Below are positions 49,922 through 64,000 of a stretch of 64,000 nucleotides of DNA, one piece after another (position 1 is the first letter of the stretch; each line of letters begins with the position of its first letter). The translations under genes and the position numbers were made by a program. Source of the stretch: the human T2T-CHM13v2.0 reference genome, Homo sapiens. Under the pieces are notes generated by a model. The model saw nothing but the letters and a program-made list of their open reading frames with translations, was not told where the DNA came from and made no database searches. The stretch lies in NCBI RefSeq assembly GCF_009914755.1, contig NC_060938.1; one strand, given 5' to 3'.

Positions 49922-50285
49922 CAGGGATGCATTTTGACTTTGGTGGGCCTCAAGCACTTTTGCCTTTGGGGGCACTTCTTACCATAAAAATACTGAAAAA
50001 AAATTTTATGACTATGGTGGTATAAAAGTAAATATTATCCAGGCTGATTTTATTATTATATGTTCATTATTACTATATCTATTTTTCTTCTGATTTTTTA
50101 TTTTTATTTCTTTAACTCATTCTCTATTATTGGACATTTATTGTATCTAATTTTTTACTTTTATAAACCATGCTGTTTTCTTTTGATTTTAAAATAATTT
50201 AAAAATAAAACATTTTTGTGGGTCCTTAAAATATCACGGGCCCTAGGCACTGTGCCTACCGAGTCTACTGGGTAAGTCAGCCCTG
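49922..50285 (-). mobile_element. hAT-Tip100 MITE (ORSL-like) with an internal 78-bp insertion
   Basis: caggg...ccctg ends; gggccctaggcactgtgcctac motif; TSD gctgggac/cttgggac. Confidence 0.7.
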
Positions 50286-50946
50286 CTTGGGACAGGGAGA
50301 TTAGATTGGGGGAGAAGGACTCCTCTTCATGTCTTAGTGGGACAGTTTTAAGTTAATCAATTATTTCTTATTTCACTTATACTACCCACGTTCTCATTTT
50401 CTGGTTCCCCACCCCCTGCCCAGCACATTAATACTATGAATCGGATGTGAATGTCATTGGGGTGGAAATGGAGACAGATCAGAGAGATGGAATCGCACCC
50501 TTTCCCAGAAGACCAAGGTTTTCGTATGGGGCTCTGCTCATCAAGCTTAACTTCTTCATTCATTGGGATGTTTTCCCAAGTAACTCTCCATTACTCATGC
50601 AAATGAGATTTTGAAAAGTCTGTCCTGTCAGACATTGTCAGACATGCACCAAACATGTTTGAATCCCATTTAGACTCAAGACAGGGCTCCCTATATTTAA
50701 AAAACGTTAGGGTTATTTTTATTAATCTTTTCTTTTGATCTGTAAGAATACCTTAAAAGATGAAGAATGAGAATAAGGGGTGTTTATAAGTAGATATTGT
50801 TATTTCCACTGTCTGTGCCTTAAGTTAGGCTCTTACCAGCTTTCACTTGGATCCTTACAGTGTCTTCACGACCAACTTTCAGTTTTTACCTCCACTAAAG
50901 TTTATTCACCAGACACTAGTATTAATTTATTTTAAAATTTGGCTGG

Positions 50947-51233
<287 letters not shown>

Positions 51234-51364
51234 AAAATTTGGCTGGATACCTCCTGACTGCAGGATATAGTCGAATTCCAAACCGTAGATAGCATAGAGG
51301 GTTCTTCATAATTTGACCTTACTAGCATTATTTTTTTCTTTTTCCTTCTAATCTATTCACCAGT

Positions 51365-51864
51365 TGTATCAGTCAGTTAATGCTATGTAACAAACTCTCA
51401 AAACTAAGGGCTTAGTACCAAACAATATTACTATAGCTCTCACCTTTGTGGATTGGCTGGAGTCAGCTAATCTAGGCTGGGTTCTATTCTGGCTGGAGAC
51501 TTTAGCTTGGTCAGCTCTGTTCCATGTGGCACATTTAGACCAGAGACCTCCATGCAATTTTATCCCCCTGGAACTAGTGGATTGACTAGGCATGCACTTC
51601 TCATAGTAACAGAAGAAGTTCAAAAGAGCAACCTGCAAGCTCTTGAGTCCTAGGGTAGGAATTGGCGCATCGTTACTTTTGGCCCATTTTACTGGCTAAA
51701 GCAATAAAATGGATAAATCCAGAGACTCATGGATACATCCAGAGTCAGGAGGCAGAAAAATAAACTTTGCCTCTTGATGGAAAAAATCTGCAAAGTCACA
51801 TGGCAAAAGGTGTGGACAGAGTGAGAGGTGAAAAATTGAGGCTGTTAATACAAAATTTACCACA
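51365..51864 (-). mobile_element. MLT1-type solo LTR
   Basis: tgtatcagtcag...taccaca ends; 5-bp TSD ccagt/ccagc. Confidence 0.7.
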
Positions 51865-53542
51865 CCAGCAATCCACTGAATTTTAAAATTTCCTGAACAT
51901 ACCATGTCTGTTTATGAAAGGGATGATAAGGATTCATTCCAGGTCATTGAGTCATGAGGAAGCTTGGAAAGTTTATTATTGCTTAAAGACTGTCGTGATG
52001 TCTCTTGCTTCTTGGTTCTGTGACTTCTTTGGTCCTTCCCTCACTGATTCTGTTAATCCAGGCAGCCTTTCCATACCACCTACATGATAAGAGTCTGTTT
52101 CTGATGCTTCCAACTGAAAACCTTGACTGAATAGCTTGATAACTTGAATAATCTCATTGCTTCTGCCCAAAGATTGTCTTTCTTGCAAAGTGAGAGAAGA
52201 GAAATGAAAGAAGTGAATAATGTGGTAAAAGTTTCCACACCTTCATATAAATGAAATTAATGGAGTGATTTCCTTTTTGAATTAGAATCTGGCTGTGAGC
52301 AAAACCATGTTAGAGAACCAAATAAGCACACAACCATGGGGCTCATCACTACCCCTTGGAAGTGCATCTGGGGATGGGGAGTGAGGGAGCCAATGTGAAG
52401 ATGCTTTCCATCCTAACCCTGTTTGAGTACAGTAAGTGGCACGTGTGCACCTGCCCCAGGGGAAGAGAAAGGATCTCAAAATCAATCTAAGGAGTGTTTC
52501 TCCACTTGCAGTTCTCTTTGTATCCACTGGACACATTTAGTTTCTACTTCTTTCTTAAGAACTATTTTAAGGAAGTGCTGCCTTCTATTCTAAATATAAT
52601 ATTCCCCTTCCTTGCCCGAACTCCTTGGTACAAGTTTACTTTGTGCCTCTCTTACGACATGTATTATTGTTATTTATCTACACATCAATATATATGTTCA
52701 TCTAGGCTGTGACTACCTTAGTGATCATAATAGACTTTTGTCTTTCTATTTTTAGTAGGATGGATCAAATGAATGCTGAATTTGTTTTATAAGACCATAA
52801 TCTGGAGGCAAGATTATTTATCTTTTGCTTTTTCATCCTTCACATCACCTCATATAATTCCTTGGACTTAGAAGTCACTCTATAAATAAATATTTGTTGA
52901 ATGATGTAAACAAAAATATGCTTACTCTTGAGGCTCTGAATTTTATTATTGAAGTATTTATTTATGTTATTAAATCCTCTGTGAGATTAGGAGGCTTAAG
53001 AGAATATTCTTATGGATTCTTCTTAAAATTTATCATTTCCTCTCCCAGATCCATACGAGAAAAATTTGGAGGAGATGGAATTTAGTATGGAGAAGAGATA
53101 ACTGATGGCTGATTATTAATGCTCTTTCACAGGTGATATGAATCAATCACTCTTCATCTTAATTAGGGAAGGTATATGTATTCCCTAAAATATAAACATA
53201 GGTTAGATGTTATTAAATACAGATTTCTGTTTGTTAGGGGACTTACAGAGTTTCTCTCATTGGCTTTGTTTAATAATAGGACAAAGAACTATGTTCTTGT
53301 TGTGGGCTTATGACAAGTCTTGCCTACAGAAAGCTCTTTAATTTTCTGTAATTCCATAGTTTTCACAAATACTGTAGCAATGACACATGGAATGTGTCTT
53401 TCAAAGTTACTGACAATATAGTGAAATGTTACGTGATTAAATACATTTCGTGATATTTGGGATAATTATGTGGGACAAAGGAGGGCATATTAACTATTAC
53501 ACAGTATGTTTTGTTAACACATGTACTTTGCATTTTTCCTAA

Positions 53543-53871
<329 letters not shown>

Positions 53872-54064
53872 AAACTACCTCACTTTTTAATGGGTTTGTA
53901 AAGCAATATGTATCTTTTAAAAAGGCTAAGAAAAATTATGCAATAATAGGTAATAATGAAGAAACACATACCTAAATAATAAAAATTATGAGATTTTGAG
54001 ATTTTAGGTTCTTTAGGAAATGCCATGAAATATCTGAAGAGCTAGAGTTTTAGAGCCTTTTTAA

Positions 54065-54540
54065 AGTTATTTATTTCTGTGCAACAAATCACCCCAAAAT
54101 TTAGCAGCTTAAAACAATGAACATTTAGTTCACACAGTTTTTATGGGTAGTGAATCTAGGAGCAACTTATCTATGTAATTCTAGCCTGTGGGCTTGTGTC
54201 AAGATCTTGTCTGGGGCTGCTGTCGTTTGAAGACTTGATTGAGACTGAGGGATCTGCTCCCAGGATGCCTCAGTCATAAGACTGGCAATTTGGTGCTGGT
54301 TGTTGGCAGGAGACCTCCCCATGGGACTGCTTAAGTGTTGTTATCACATGGCAGATGGCTTCCCCTAGAATGAGTGATCCAGAGAGGGCAATGCGGAACT
54401 TGCCATATTTTTTTTGAAATAGCCACACACTGTAATTTCTGCTATATCTTATTGATTACACAGGTCTGCCCTATTCATTGAGGAGGTGACCATTCAGGAG
54501 GTGGGAATCATTGGGGATCATCTTGGACAATAGCTACTAG
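54065..54540 (-). mobile_element. MLT1-type solo LTR (MLT1H-like)
   Basis: aacaaatcaccccaaaatttagcagcttaaaacaa; ggcttcccctagaatgagtgatccagagag. Confidence 0.75.
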
Positions 54541-54792
54541 AGCCTTTTTGAAATAAGATCTGCAAGTGGTACTACAGATGTTTTTGTTGAACATCAGGAT
54601 AGGTGAACACATATTAATTTGTTGAATTTTATATTAGTTAATATTAGTTAACATTTTGAACGGTTTTACAATAGAAAACATGTAAGAAAATTAATGGAAT
54701 TTATTGTTTGATTCAGGAACAGCAAAAACAGTGTTTTTGAGATGTAGTGTCATTTGAGAAGACATAGCAAATATGTTTCCATCCTTCCTCAG

Positions 54793-55164
54793 TGATATGA
54801 TTTGGCTCTGTATCTCCACCCAAGTCTCATCTTTAACCGTAATCTCACATGTCGAGGGAGTGTCCAGTAATCCCTATGTGTTGAGGAAGGGAAATGATTG
54901 GATTATGGGGGCGGTTCCTCATTCTGTTCATGATAGTGAGTGAATTCTTATGAGATCTGATGGTTTTATCAATGGTATTTTTTCCTGTGTGCTCACACTG
55001 CCCTGCTGCCTTGTGAAGAAGGTGCCTGCTTCACCTTCCACCATGATTGTAAGTTTCCTGAGGGCTCCCCAGCCATGCAGAACTGTGTCAGTTAAATCTC
55101 TTTACTTTACAAATTACCCAGTCTTGGGCAGTTCTTTATAGGAGTGTGAAAACAGACTAATACA
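54793..55164 (+). mobile_element. THE1 (C/D-like) solo LTR
   Basis: tgatatgatttggctctg...gactaataca; exact 5-bp TSD ctcag. Confidence 0.9.
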
Positions 55165-57559
55165 CTCAGTTTGTGTCTTGGGAATTTTAGTTTTATGGAA
55201 TACTGTTGACTAAATAAACAAAAGAGGCATATTAACTTTCAAAATTCATTGATATAGATGCATAATTATTTTCATGTCATCTTATATTAAAACATGAGAT
55301 AAGAACTGCATTTCCCCTCCCTCCATCCCTTGACCCAGAACCCAGCTCTTCTTCACATTTATTTTTCACTAGTGTAACTAAAACTGGTACATCCTCTGAT
55401 ATTTATACTCTTATCCTCATCTCTCTAAATAAATTAGATTCCTATTGAACTTGGAGCCTGTACATAATAATTATGCTTGATTAAATTTACTGCTTTGCAT
55501 TTTGAAAAACATTATTCTTCGTCTGTTGTTTTCATCTCTCTAACTAACTGAAACTTCTTCAGGGAAAGAATCTTGACTTATATTTCTCTTGGATTCCTAG
55601 CCCTGGAGTGCTGTGGCAACAGTGCTGCTTGCATAGCTTGTCATAACTCACTCAACAGTTGGTACATAATTCAAAGGGATGTCATACTTGAAATATCAGA
55701 TGCTATAACCTAGAATCAGGCATATTAACTTAGATTTCTCCATAGCCTTCTGAAACGAAAAGTCTGGATTTTTTGTTGTCTTTTCTAGTATGAATGTCAA
55801 GGAATAAAGAATAGTGCATTGCCCAACCATAGGCATTATCATATTCTGGAAACATTTTTTTCTGATTGCATTGCATCTATTTTTGATGACTTGATTTAAG
55901 CAAGCTTTTCATGAATTCCTCATTTTTTTTTTTTTTTTTACTAAAAGCACTGTAGTTTTCTTCTATAGGGTAGCTATCAGAGAAGTGATATTATAAAAAG
56001 TAGAATTTACTTGAAACCCAATAATGTTATGTTTCTGGAACTACTATAGTTTTTGAACAGGTTTAAGTAATGGACTATGTTCTGTTAGGACTTTGCATAA
56101 AAGATGCTATACACATTTAGTTATAGATAGTGCCTGTAGCAATTTTGATGTTTAAATTTATATGGCAGCTGTTCAAATTCCATTTTTTTTCTTTATCAAA
56201 TCACATTTTTAGAGCCAACAGGTCTATGGAATACAGGGTCCAGTCACCCAGAACAATCATATAAATGTTTAATTTAAAGAGTCACAGGGGTAAGAACGGA
56301 TGTCAAGCAGCCCTGATACATTCTTCTGCCTGTAAGGAGGATTCCACAGGCCAGTGCCATCAGGGTTTTGCCTGCAGGAAGCAAGAGAAAGTTAATGCAG
56401 ATCAGGACAGTTTCTCAAGAAAGTTACCTGTGTGGACAAATATTGTTTAGGGCCATACAATGCCTTTTCTTTCCTTCTTTCTAAACCTTGAACTTTACAG
56501 TAAGTTATCTAAAGGCAGTGCAGCTTGACTAAGTGCTGATGAAATCATAAAAGGGTATATTTTAGAAACACTCTTTTGGCCTATGCTATTTGGGCCAGTG
56601 TCATTTGGGGAGAACCTGGATTGCATGATGAAGAGTAGAGGGCAGCTGCTCTCTCTACTCCTCCTTTTAATGATGATTGAGAAAATACTGGGCCTGCCTA
56701 ACAGGCCACAGGAACACTGCGGCTTCTGTTGCTGTCCATCTGCTTCAAGCAGTGTAGGGGAAAGACCATGTGGTCTGTTTGTTTTGAATACTAAACAGCA
56801 CCCTTTAAGCCTCAAAGCTTTGGTTTCAGTGTCTGTGAAATTTGGGTGTCCTTTGGGTTTTACTGATCCTTCAAGGTCCTTCCAGCTTGGACATTTTGGA
56901 TTCTGTTACATGCCATAGGTGGAAACTGCTCTATGAAACACATTAAAAAAGTGTATCCAGGATTGCGAAGTTGGATTGCTTACAGATTTATAAATTTTCA
57001 ATTGTGTACAGAGTTAAAAAAATTTGTTTAACACTTTGGCAGACTCTGTGGAGAATGTAGAAATTAACTACTAGTTACAGTTTATAACTCAGGGAAACAA
57101 GGTAGAATTAATACATGTTAAGCAAAATACTAATTGTGCTACTTAAAATTTTTCTTTTTGATTTTTTTTAGTCCAAAATCCAAATTTTCTGATTCAAGTC
57201 AATTTTTATGTCTCAGTCATTTTTTTTTTGTTTGTTTTCCTGACATTTCCTAAGGCACTGTTTTGGTAGTTTATAATTTTTGTTACCTTCATGATTTTGT
57301 TCCTTTTCTCATTTTCTAAATTTCTGAATTTGGTTTTGGTGAATTGATTTTCTGTCTGAATAACTCTACAGATTATTTTGGGAATTTTAGGTATATTATA
57401 GTAGCCTCTTCAAGTAACAGTTATGTGGTTAGTTCATTTCTTATAATTATGTTCTTTTCTGTTTCATATCTAGAATTTCCAGAATAATGTCAAATTATGA
57501 TGGTACCAATAGGCATCCTTATTTTGCTTTTTATTTCAATGTGAACAATAACTATTATT

Positions 57560-57755
57560 ATGTATAAGACACTTTGTTTGCATGTATTATATCATTTAAT
57601 CCTCATAATAAGCATATGAGGTATGTGCTATTATTATTCCCATTTTACAAACTTGAGAGGTTGAATAATTTGCTTGAGAATGTCCTAAAGTGACTGAGTC
57701 AAGATTTGAAGCCAAAAGCAGAGCACGTGTGCTCAACCACTTTATCATTCCACCT
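57560..57755 (-). mobile_element. MIR
   Basis: atcatttaatcctcataataag...attattattcccattttaca. Confidence 0.75.
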
Positions 57756-58154
57756 TCCATGTGATTTTCACTTGAGAGTACCATGAAGATCATTGTATGT
57801 TTTTACATTTGACTTATAAATTAATGGATTTCCTAATGTTGAATAAAGCGCATTATTTTTACTCTCACCTGTTACCTCTACATCGATTTGTGTTTCTTTG
57901 CTATTAAACTTTAGATCGAACACTAACAAAATTATTGTTGTCAGTAAAATATTTTTTTACATTACATGTCTTTTTTTTATTTCTCTGGCTTTACTAGACT
58001 ATAGACAAACAGAAATAAATCCTTGTGTCACTGGGCAATGTAGTAACTATCATGTATAAATTTTACTACTATGTTAGTTAAAAATGTCTAAGGAGCAGGG
58101 AAATGACATTTGTTGTGTACCTGCTATTTTCAAGTGCTCATCACATCCAATTAC

Positions 58155-60595
58155 TTTTTTTTTTACACTGAGGTGAATTCATATAATGTAAAATTAACCA
58201 TCTTACAGTACACAATTCAGTGGCATCAACATTTGCAATGTTGAGCAGCCATCACCTTCATTTAGTTTCAAAACCATTTCATCCTTCCAAAAGGATACAC
58301 TATACATGTTAAACAGTCATTCGCCATTCCCTATACCCCACAGGCCCTGGCAACAACAAGTTGGCTTTGTTTTCTATAGATTTACCTATTCTGGATGTTT
58401 CATATAAATGGAATCATACAATTTGTGACCTGTGGTGTCTAGCTTCTTTCAATTAGTGTAATGTTTTCAAGATTCATCCAACATCATGGCATACATCAGT
58501 ACTTCATTAATTTTGTTGGTTGAATGGTATTCCATTGTATGGATATACCAAATTTTGTTTATTCATTCATCCATGAATGGACATTTGGCTTGTTTCTACT
58601 TTTTGTCTATTGTGAATAGTGCTGCTATAGCATCAGTGTACAAATATCTATTGAAATACCTACCATCAGTTTTTTTGGGGGCATATTCCTAAAAGGGGAA
58701 TTGCTGTGTCAGTTGGTAATAGTATGCAAGTTTTTGAGGAACCACCAAACCTTTCCACAGTGGCTGCACCATTTTACATTCCCGGTAGCAGCATACGAGG
58801 ATTCTAGTTTCTCTGCATCCTAGTCAAGTCTTGTTATTTTCTTTCTTTCTTTTTTTTTTTTTATAGCCATCCTAGTGAGTATAAAGTGGTATCTCACTGT
58901 GATTTTGATTTGTGTTTCCCTGATTATTTGTGTTGGTCATCTTTTCATGTGCTTGTTGGCTTTTGTATATCTTCTTTGGAGAAATGTCAAAAATACTTTG
59001 CCCATTTTTTGACTGTATAGAAATGAAAATTTGTTGTCTATCTCCTGTGATTATATTCTCACTTTCACCAAATAATTCACAGAGTTTTATGATTCACAGC
59101 AGAGAGTTAGTGCTGTGACTTCCAGAATATTCTTGTTGTATGTTAGTGTCAAAACTCTTTCAAAGGAAAGAGTACTAGACAATTTTCTGTTGCGTGGTGA
59201 TATTAATGACGGTGATTCTGAGAGGAAAAAACTTGCTTTTCTTGTATGGGAAATGCTTAATTGAGAAATGCCAAAGTTGTTGACACTAAAGAATGATTAG
59301 TTAGAGGATCATGGTCAGAGATAGTGGGGTGGCCAGGACACTTACAACTGGTAGGAAGAGGAAGGGAGTGAAATTCTTAAGCTGAATAATCAGGGTATTT
59401 CCTTTGAAGCTTCTTTCTGTTGTTTTTTTCTACCTTAAAAACTACTTGTGTTATTGCCAAAGAGTATTATTAACTTCAAAGCCAGGAGTCCATTGCCCAT
59501 TTTTAATTTTTTTTGGTCTTTTTGTTAACTTCTAAGACTTCCTTATATATTCCTAATACTAGACCCTTGTCAGGCAAATGATTTACAAATATTTTCTCCC
59601 ATTCAGTGGGTTGCATTTTTACTTTCTTCATCGTGTCCTCAATGCACAGAAATTTTAAATTTGGTAAAATCCAATTTGTCTATTTTTTCTTTGGTTGCTT
59701 ATGCTTTTGTTGTTATATCTAAGAAGCTATTGCCAAATCCAAGGTCATGAAGATGTATTCATATGTTTTCTTCTAAGAATCTTACAGTTTATAGGTCTTA
59801 CATTCAGGTATTTGACCCATTTTTAGTTAAATTTTGTACATCATTTGAGATAGGGATCCAACTTTATTTTTTTGCATGTAGATATTCAGTTGCCCCAGCA
59901 CCATTTGAAGAGTGTATTTGTTTCCCATTGAATGTTTTTGGCACCTTTGTCGAAAGTCGATTGAGCATGGGTTGGATGAGTTTATTTTTGGGCTTACATT
60001 TATTCCATTGATCTAGATGTCTATCCTTATGCTAGTATCACACTGTTTTGATTATTGTAGTTTGATAGTAAATTTTGAAATAGGGAAGTGTGAGTCCTCC
60101 AGCTTTGTTTTTCTGTTTCAAGATTGTTTTGCCTATTCAGGGGAACTTTCAATTCCATATGAATTTTAGGATCAGTTTTTCTATTTCTGAAAAAAAGGCC
60201 CTTGTTTTTTTGATAGGGGTTGCAAAGAATCTGTAGATAGCTTTGGGGAGTCTTGCCATCTTAACAATATTAAGTCTTTTAATCCATGGACATAAGATGC
60301 CTTTCCTTTCATTTAGGACTTCTTTAATTTCTTTCAGCAATATTTTATACAAGTCTTGTGGTTTTTTGGTTAAATTTATTTCTAAGTATTTTATTCTCAT
60401 TTATGGCATTTTAAATGGAATTGTTTTCTTAATTTTGTTTATAGATTGTTCATTGTTTGAAAATAAAACTTATTTTTACATATTTACCCTGTACCCTACA
60501 ACTTTAGTGAATTAGTTTATTAGCTCTAGTAGGTTTTTTTTGTATTCTTTCTGATTTTCTGTATATGTGTAATCATATTCATTTGCAAATAAAGA
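58155..60595 (-). mobile_element. L1MB-like fragment interrupted by a 477-bp unique insert
   Basis: L1M 3'UTR (cattccctatacccccacaggccctggcaac-like) and ORF2 peptide at 60149..60400. Confidence 0.82.
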
Positions 60596-60639
60596 GATTT
60601 TTTATAATTAGTGGTTTTTATTATTCTGACAGTGAACTT

Positions 60640-61880
60640 GGGGCAGTGTTCTTTGTGTGTTTCTGCTCAGAGGTCATTGAACTTAGGGGGTTTGTAGCTG
60701 TCATGATATTTGGAAAATTTTTGGCCATTTGTGTGTGAATATTTTCAGTCACTCCCCATATCCCTTTCTGGAACCCCAATTAAATATATGTTAGACTGAG
60801 TATTTGTTCATTTTATTTCAGTTTTATTTCTCTCTGTGGTTCATTTGTCATGGTTCCTGTTGATATGCCTTTAAGTTAACTGACATTTTCTTCTGCAATG
60901 TCTTTCTCTTCTGTTAATGCCACTCAGTGAGAATTTTATTTTAGATGATGTATGTTCTATCTATAGATGTCACATTTCATTCTGTTTCTTACATTTGCTC
61001 CTCTTTATGCTTACATTTTTATTTAATGTTGAACACTTATAATATTTATATTAGAAGTTTAAGATCCTTATTTGCTAATTCTGAAATGTATATCATTTCT
61101 GGGTCTTTTTGTATGATTTTCTTCCTGGTTATGTATCATATATTTGTGCTTCTTCATGTGACCAGCAACTTCTGATTGGATTTTGGACATTATGAATTTT
61201 ACATTGGGTTTTACTGACTTCCTTTAAAGAGTGTTGGAGTTTGTTCTGATAGGCAGTTAAGTTACTTGAAGAGCAGTTTGATTTTTTCAAGAATTATTTT
61301 AAAGCATTGTTAATGTCCACAGAAACCTTTACTCAAGGGTTAATTTAGCATGACTACTAACAGATGATCCTTCTGGCCTTTATAATGAATGTACCACGTA
61401 TCTTGCATGTCTGGTGGGAGACCTAATGAATCCCAACCTTGTGTGAGCTCTGGGAATTGTGACTTACAGCTCTTTAGTAATTGTTTTCTTCCCTGGCAGG
61501 GTTTCTTTGTCTAGCCTCATGGGTTTCTCCATTGCATGGGCAGACTTTCAGCCAAAGCCTCAAGGACCCTATGCCGATTTCTGGAGCTCTTTCTCTATGC
61601 AGTGCCCTCATCTCCACACTGTTCCTTACAAATTCTAGCCCCTTTGTCCTCCTCTCATCTGATTTCTGTCTCTTCAATTTAGTAAGATACTTGGGCTCTG
61701 TTTGGCTTTTGCCTTTTTGTGCCATGTTCTGGAAATTGTGTCAGGCAGAAATCAGGTAATTGTAGCTCTTACCTTATTTGTTTCCATTCTCTGTCATCAC
61801 AGTTCTGCACTGTCTGCTGTCAAATCCTAAAAGAGTTGCTGTAATATTTTGTCCAGTTTTATAGTTATTTATAACAAGAG
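60640..61880 (-). mobile_element. Old L1M 5'/ORF1-region fragments
   Basis: Patchy similarity (tttggaaaatttttggccatt; ttctggaaccccaattaaatatatgttagac). Boundaries approximate. Confidence 0.55.
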
Positions 61881-62034
61881 GACAGAAGTAGAAGCCAATG
61901 GCCTGAATTAGATCCTTTTAATAAAACAAATAAAAAGTAGAAAAATAAGAGTTTTAAGGTACAATGGGAGTTTGAATCTTGCTGTTGACATTACTAAAAG
62001 GCTAGAAGAAAAAGGGACCTTAAAATTTCATGTA

Positions 62035-62329
62035 GGCCAGGCACAGTGTCTCATGCCTGTGTAATCCCAGCACTTTGGGAGGCCAAGGAGGGAGGATTCC
62101 TTAAGGCCACAAGCTCAAGATCAGCCTGGGCAATGTAGAGATACCCCATCTCTACAAAAAACAAAAACATTAGTTGAGCGTTGTGGTATGCACTTTGTAG
62201 TCCATGCCACTCAGGAGGCTGAGGTGAAAGGAACGCTTGAGCCCAGGAGTTTGAGGTTACGGGGAGCTATGATTGCACCACTGCATTCCAGCATGGGTGA
62301 CAGAGCAAGTCTCTGTTTCAAAAAAAAAA
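62035..62329 (+). mobile_element. AluJ-like
   Basis: Dimer; flanking direct repeat tcatgta. Confidence 0.9.
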
Positions 62330-62764
62330 GTCATGTAGTTGAATGCCTATTTAAAAAGTAGTAAGACTGAGGTGAAGGAAAGCAAAATAATGTGCCTGTT
62401 GATGCCTGATTTGTGGCTTCACAGTTTGGATGGACAGAACCTGGGTCTCTTTATTCCTACATCATTGTTAGTAGTTGGAGTGTACTATCTTCTTGCCATC
62501 TCAACTGAGTAGAGAGTATATCATTGCAATTGTCATTAGCTATGGTAAAAATGATACTAACAGTCCATCCAGTGAGGTTTTAAGCATATTCCCTCTTGCC
62601 CTTGGTTGCATTAAATTTTAGTTTTGATTTTATCTTTCCTGTGCAGTGTTTTATACAATCTGACTTAATAGCATTGTTTTATAGCATCTGACTTAATATT
62701 ACCTAATTATCTTGTTAAATCTAAAAATATATTTATAGAGATCAGCGAAAAGCCATGAAATTGA

Positions 62765-63124
<360 letters not shown>

Positions 63125-63248
63125 TGACTAGTTTATATGTCTCTATTTTTCATTTACTACACAAATTGACTAGCATTTTAGTATAATGAATAATGTGCTT
63201 CAATGATTTTAAAAATTGGCATCACTTTGTTTCCTTTTCTCATTCAAG

Positions 63249-63359
63249 GATATTTCTTTAATGGGAAAAATGTACCTCAAAACATCACCTATGCAAGCAG
63301 AAACACCTGAGATACAAGCAGAGTATAAATTCCAGATGGGTGCTGAGGAATCGCAAATG
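63249..63359 (+). CDS. TTC6: Next coding exon, 111 nt / 37 aa (DISLMGKMYLKTSPMQAETPEIQAEYKFQMGAEESQM)
   Basis: Pyrimidine tract ctttgtttccttttctcattcaag|GAT; donor ATG|gtaaag at 63359/63360; phase 0-0, stop-free, non-repetitive, in frame with the upstream exon. Confidence 0.8.
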
Positions 63360-64000
63360 GTAAAGTCTTTAATAAAAATCCTCCTTGCCTCTGTTAAAGT
63401 AACAGCATGCTTCCTGTTGCTTGAATGTTTATATAGAGAGTTAAAAAAATTTCTCTGATGTATTTTAGAAGTGTGTTTACCTGTGAGAGCATCTAACTCG
63501 ATACCACACTGGGAGTCTTGGCCATTTTGGCTCACTGTTGCTGGCTACCATGGACCTTCTGAGCTAAGGCCCCAGACTCTTTTTAGAAGGGGAGGACTTT
63601 AACAATTCTGATTTAGAGACATTTAGATCTAGAAGGTAGGTGGATAATTAATTAAAAATTGTTAGCTTCTAAGAAAGCATTACTTTTGTCTGTATTCAGC
63701 TAGAAGAATTGTTAAAAGCATTGCAAGGGGAGAATTTGGTTGAGAAATATGGACAGTTGGTGACAGAAATTTGTTTTGGAAATAAATCTTTCTTTTTATC
63801 CATCATTGGTAAAATAACCATTGAATTCAAAGCAATCTGGAACATATTCCTTGTGAATGGAAAGTATCTCCTTGTGTATAGAAACTCACATTTACATAGA
63901 AAAGTGATAGCCTGATGGTCAGTTCCTCTACAAAGAGTTCATAAAATGTTACCATTAAATAACAAGCTCCTGTGGTTCCTGGAAATATGACCCCCACATA

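Noticed and set aside
56265-56918. 106-111 aa ORFs and scattered forkhead/GATA motifs in unique DNA
   Set aside because: No convincing splice-site pair or recognisable protein similarity; motif density is not clearly above background. A conservation track could reopen it as an enhancer.

Overview
Primate, very probably human, genomic DNA covering part of one + strand gene that I recognise from memory as TTC6 (14q21, next to FOXA1); this was not database-checked. It has a 954-nt CpG-island exon (5176-6129, ATG at 5191, 313 codons), a ~57-kb phase-0 intron (6130-63248) and a 111-nt coding exon (63249-63359) that continues the frame (...YDITME|DISLMGK...). The intron is mostly transposon debris: about 16 Alu, FLAM, FRAM and FAM copies, several nested L1s (one full-span L1PA7-like), MST/THE1/MLT1 LTRs, hAT and mariner MITEs, L2 and MIR. 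Almost all other ORFs in the track are L1/Alu remnants or noise. I see no CRISPR, RNA gene or microbial-type system. The best leads, all hypotheses: (1) the 954-nt exon is flanked by inverted Alus and would form a stop-free circular ORF if back-spliced; (2) the antisense L1 5'UTR carries an ORF0-like frame ending at a donor in phase with the next host exon; (3) a 477-bp non-repeat sequence is inserted with TSDs inside an old L1; (4) a dense forkhead-motif cluster is a candidate FOXA1-domain enhancer. Repeat subfamily names come from recalled consensus sequences and need RepeatMasker/Dfam confirmation.
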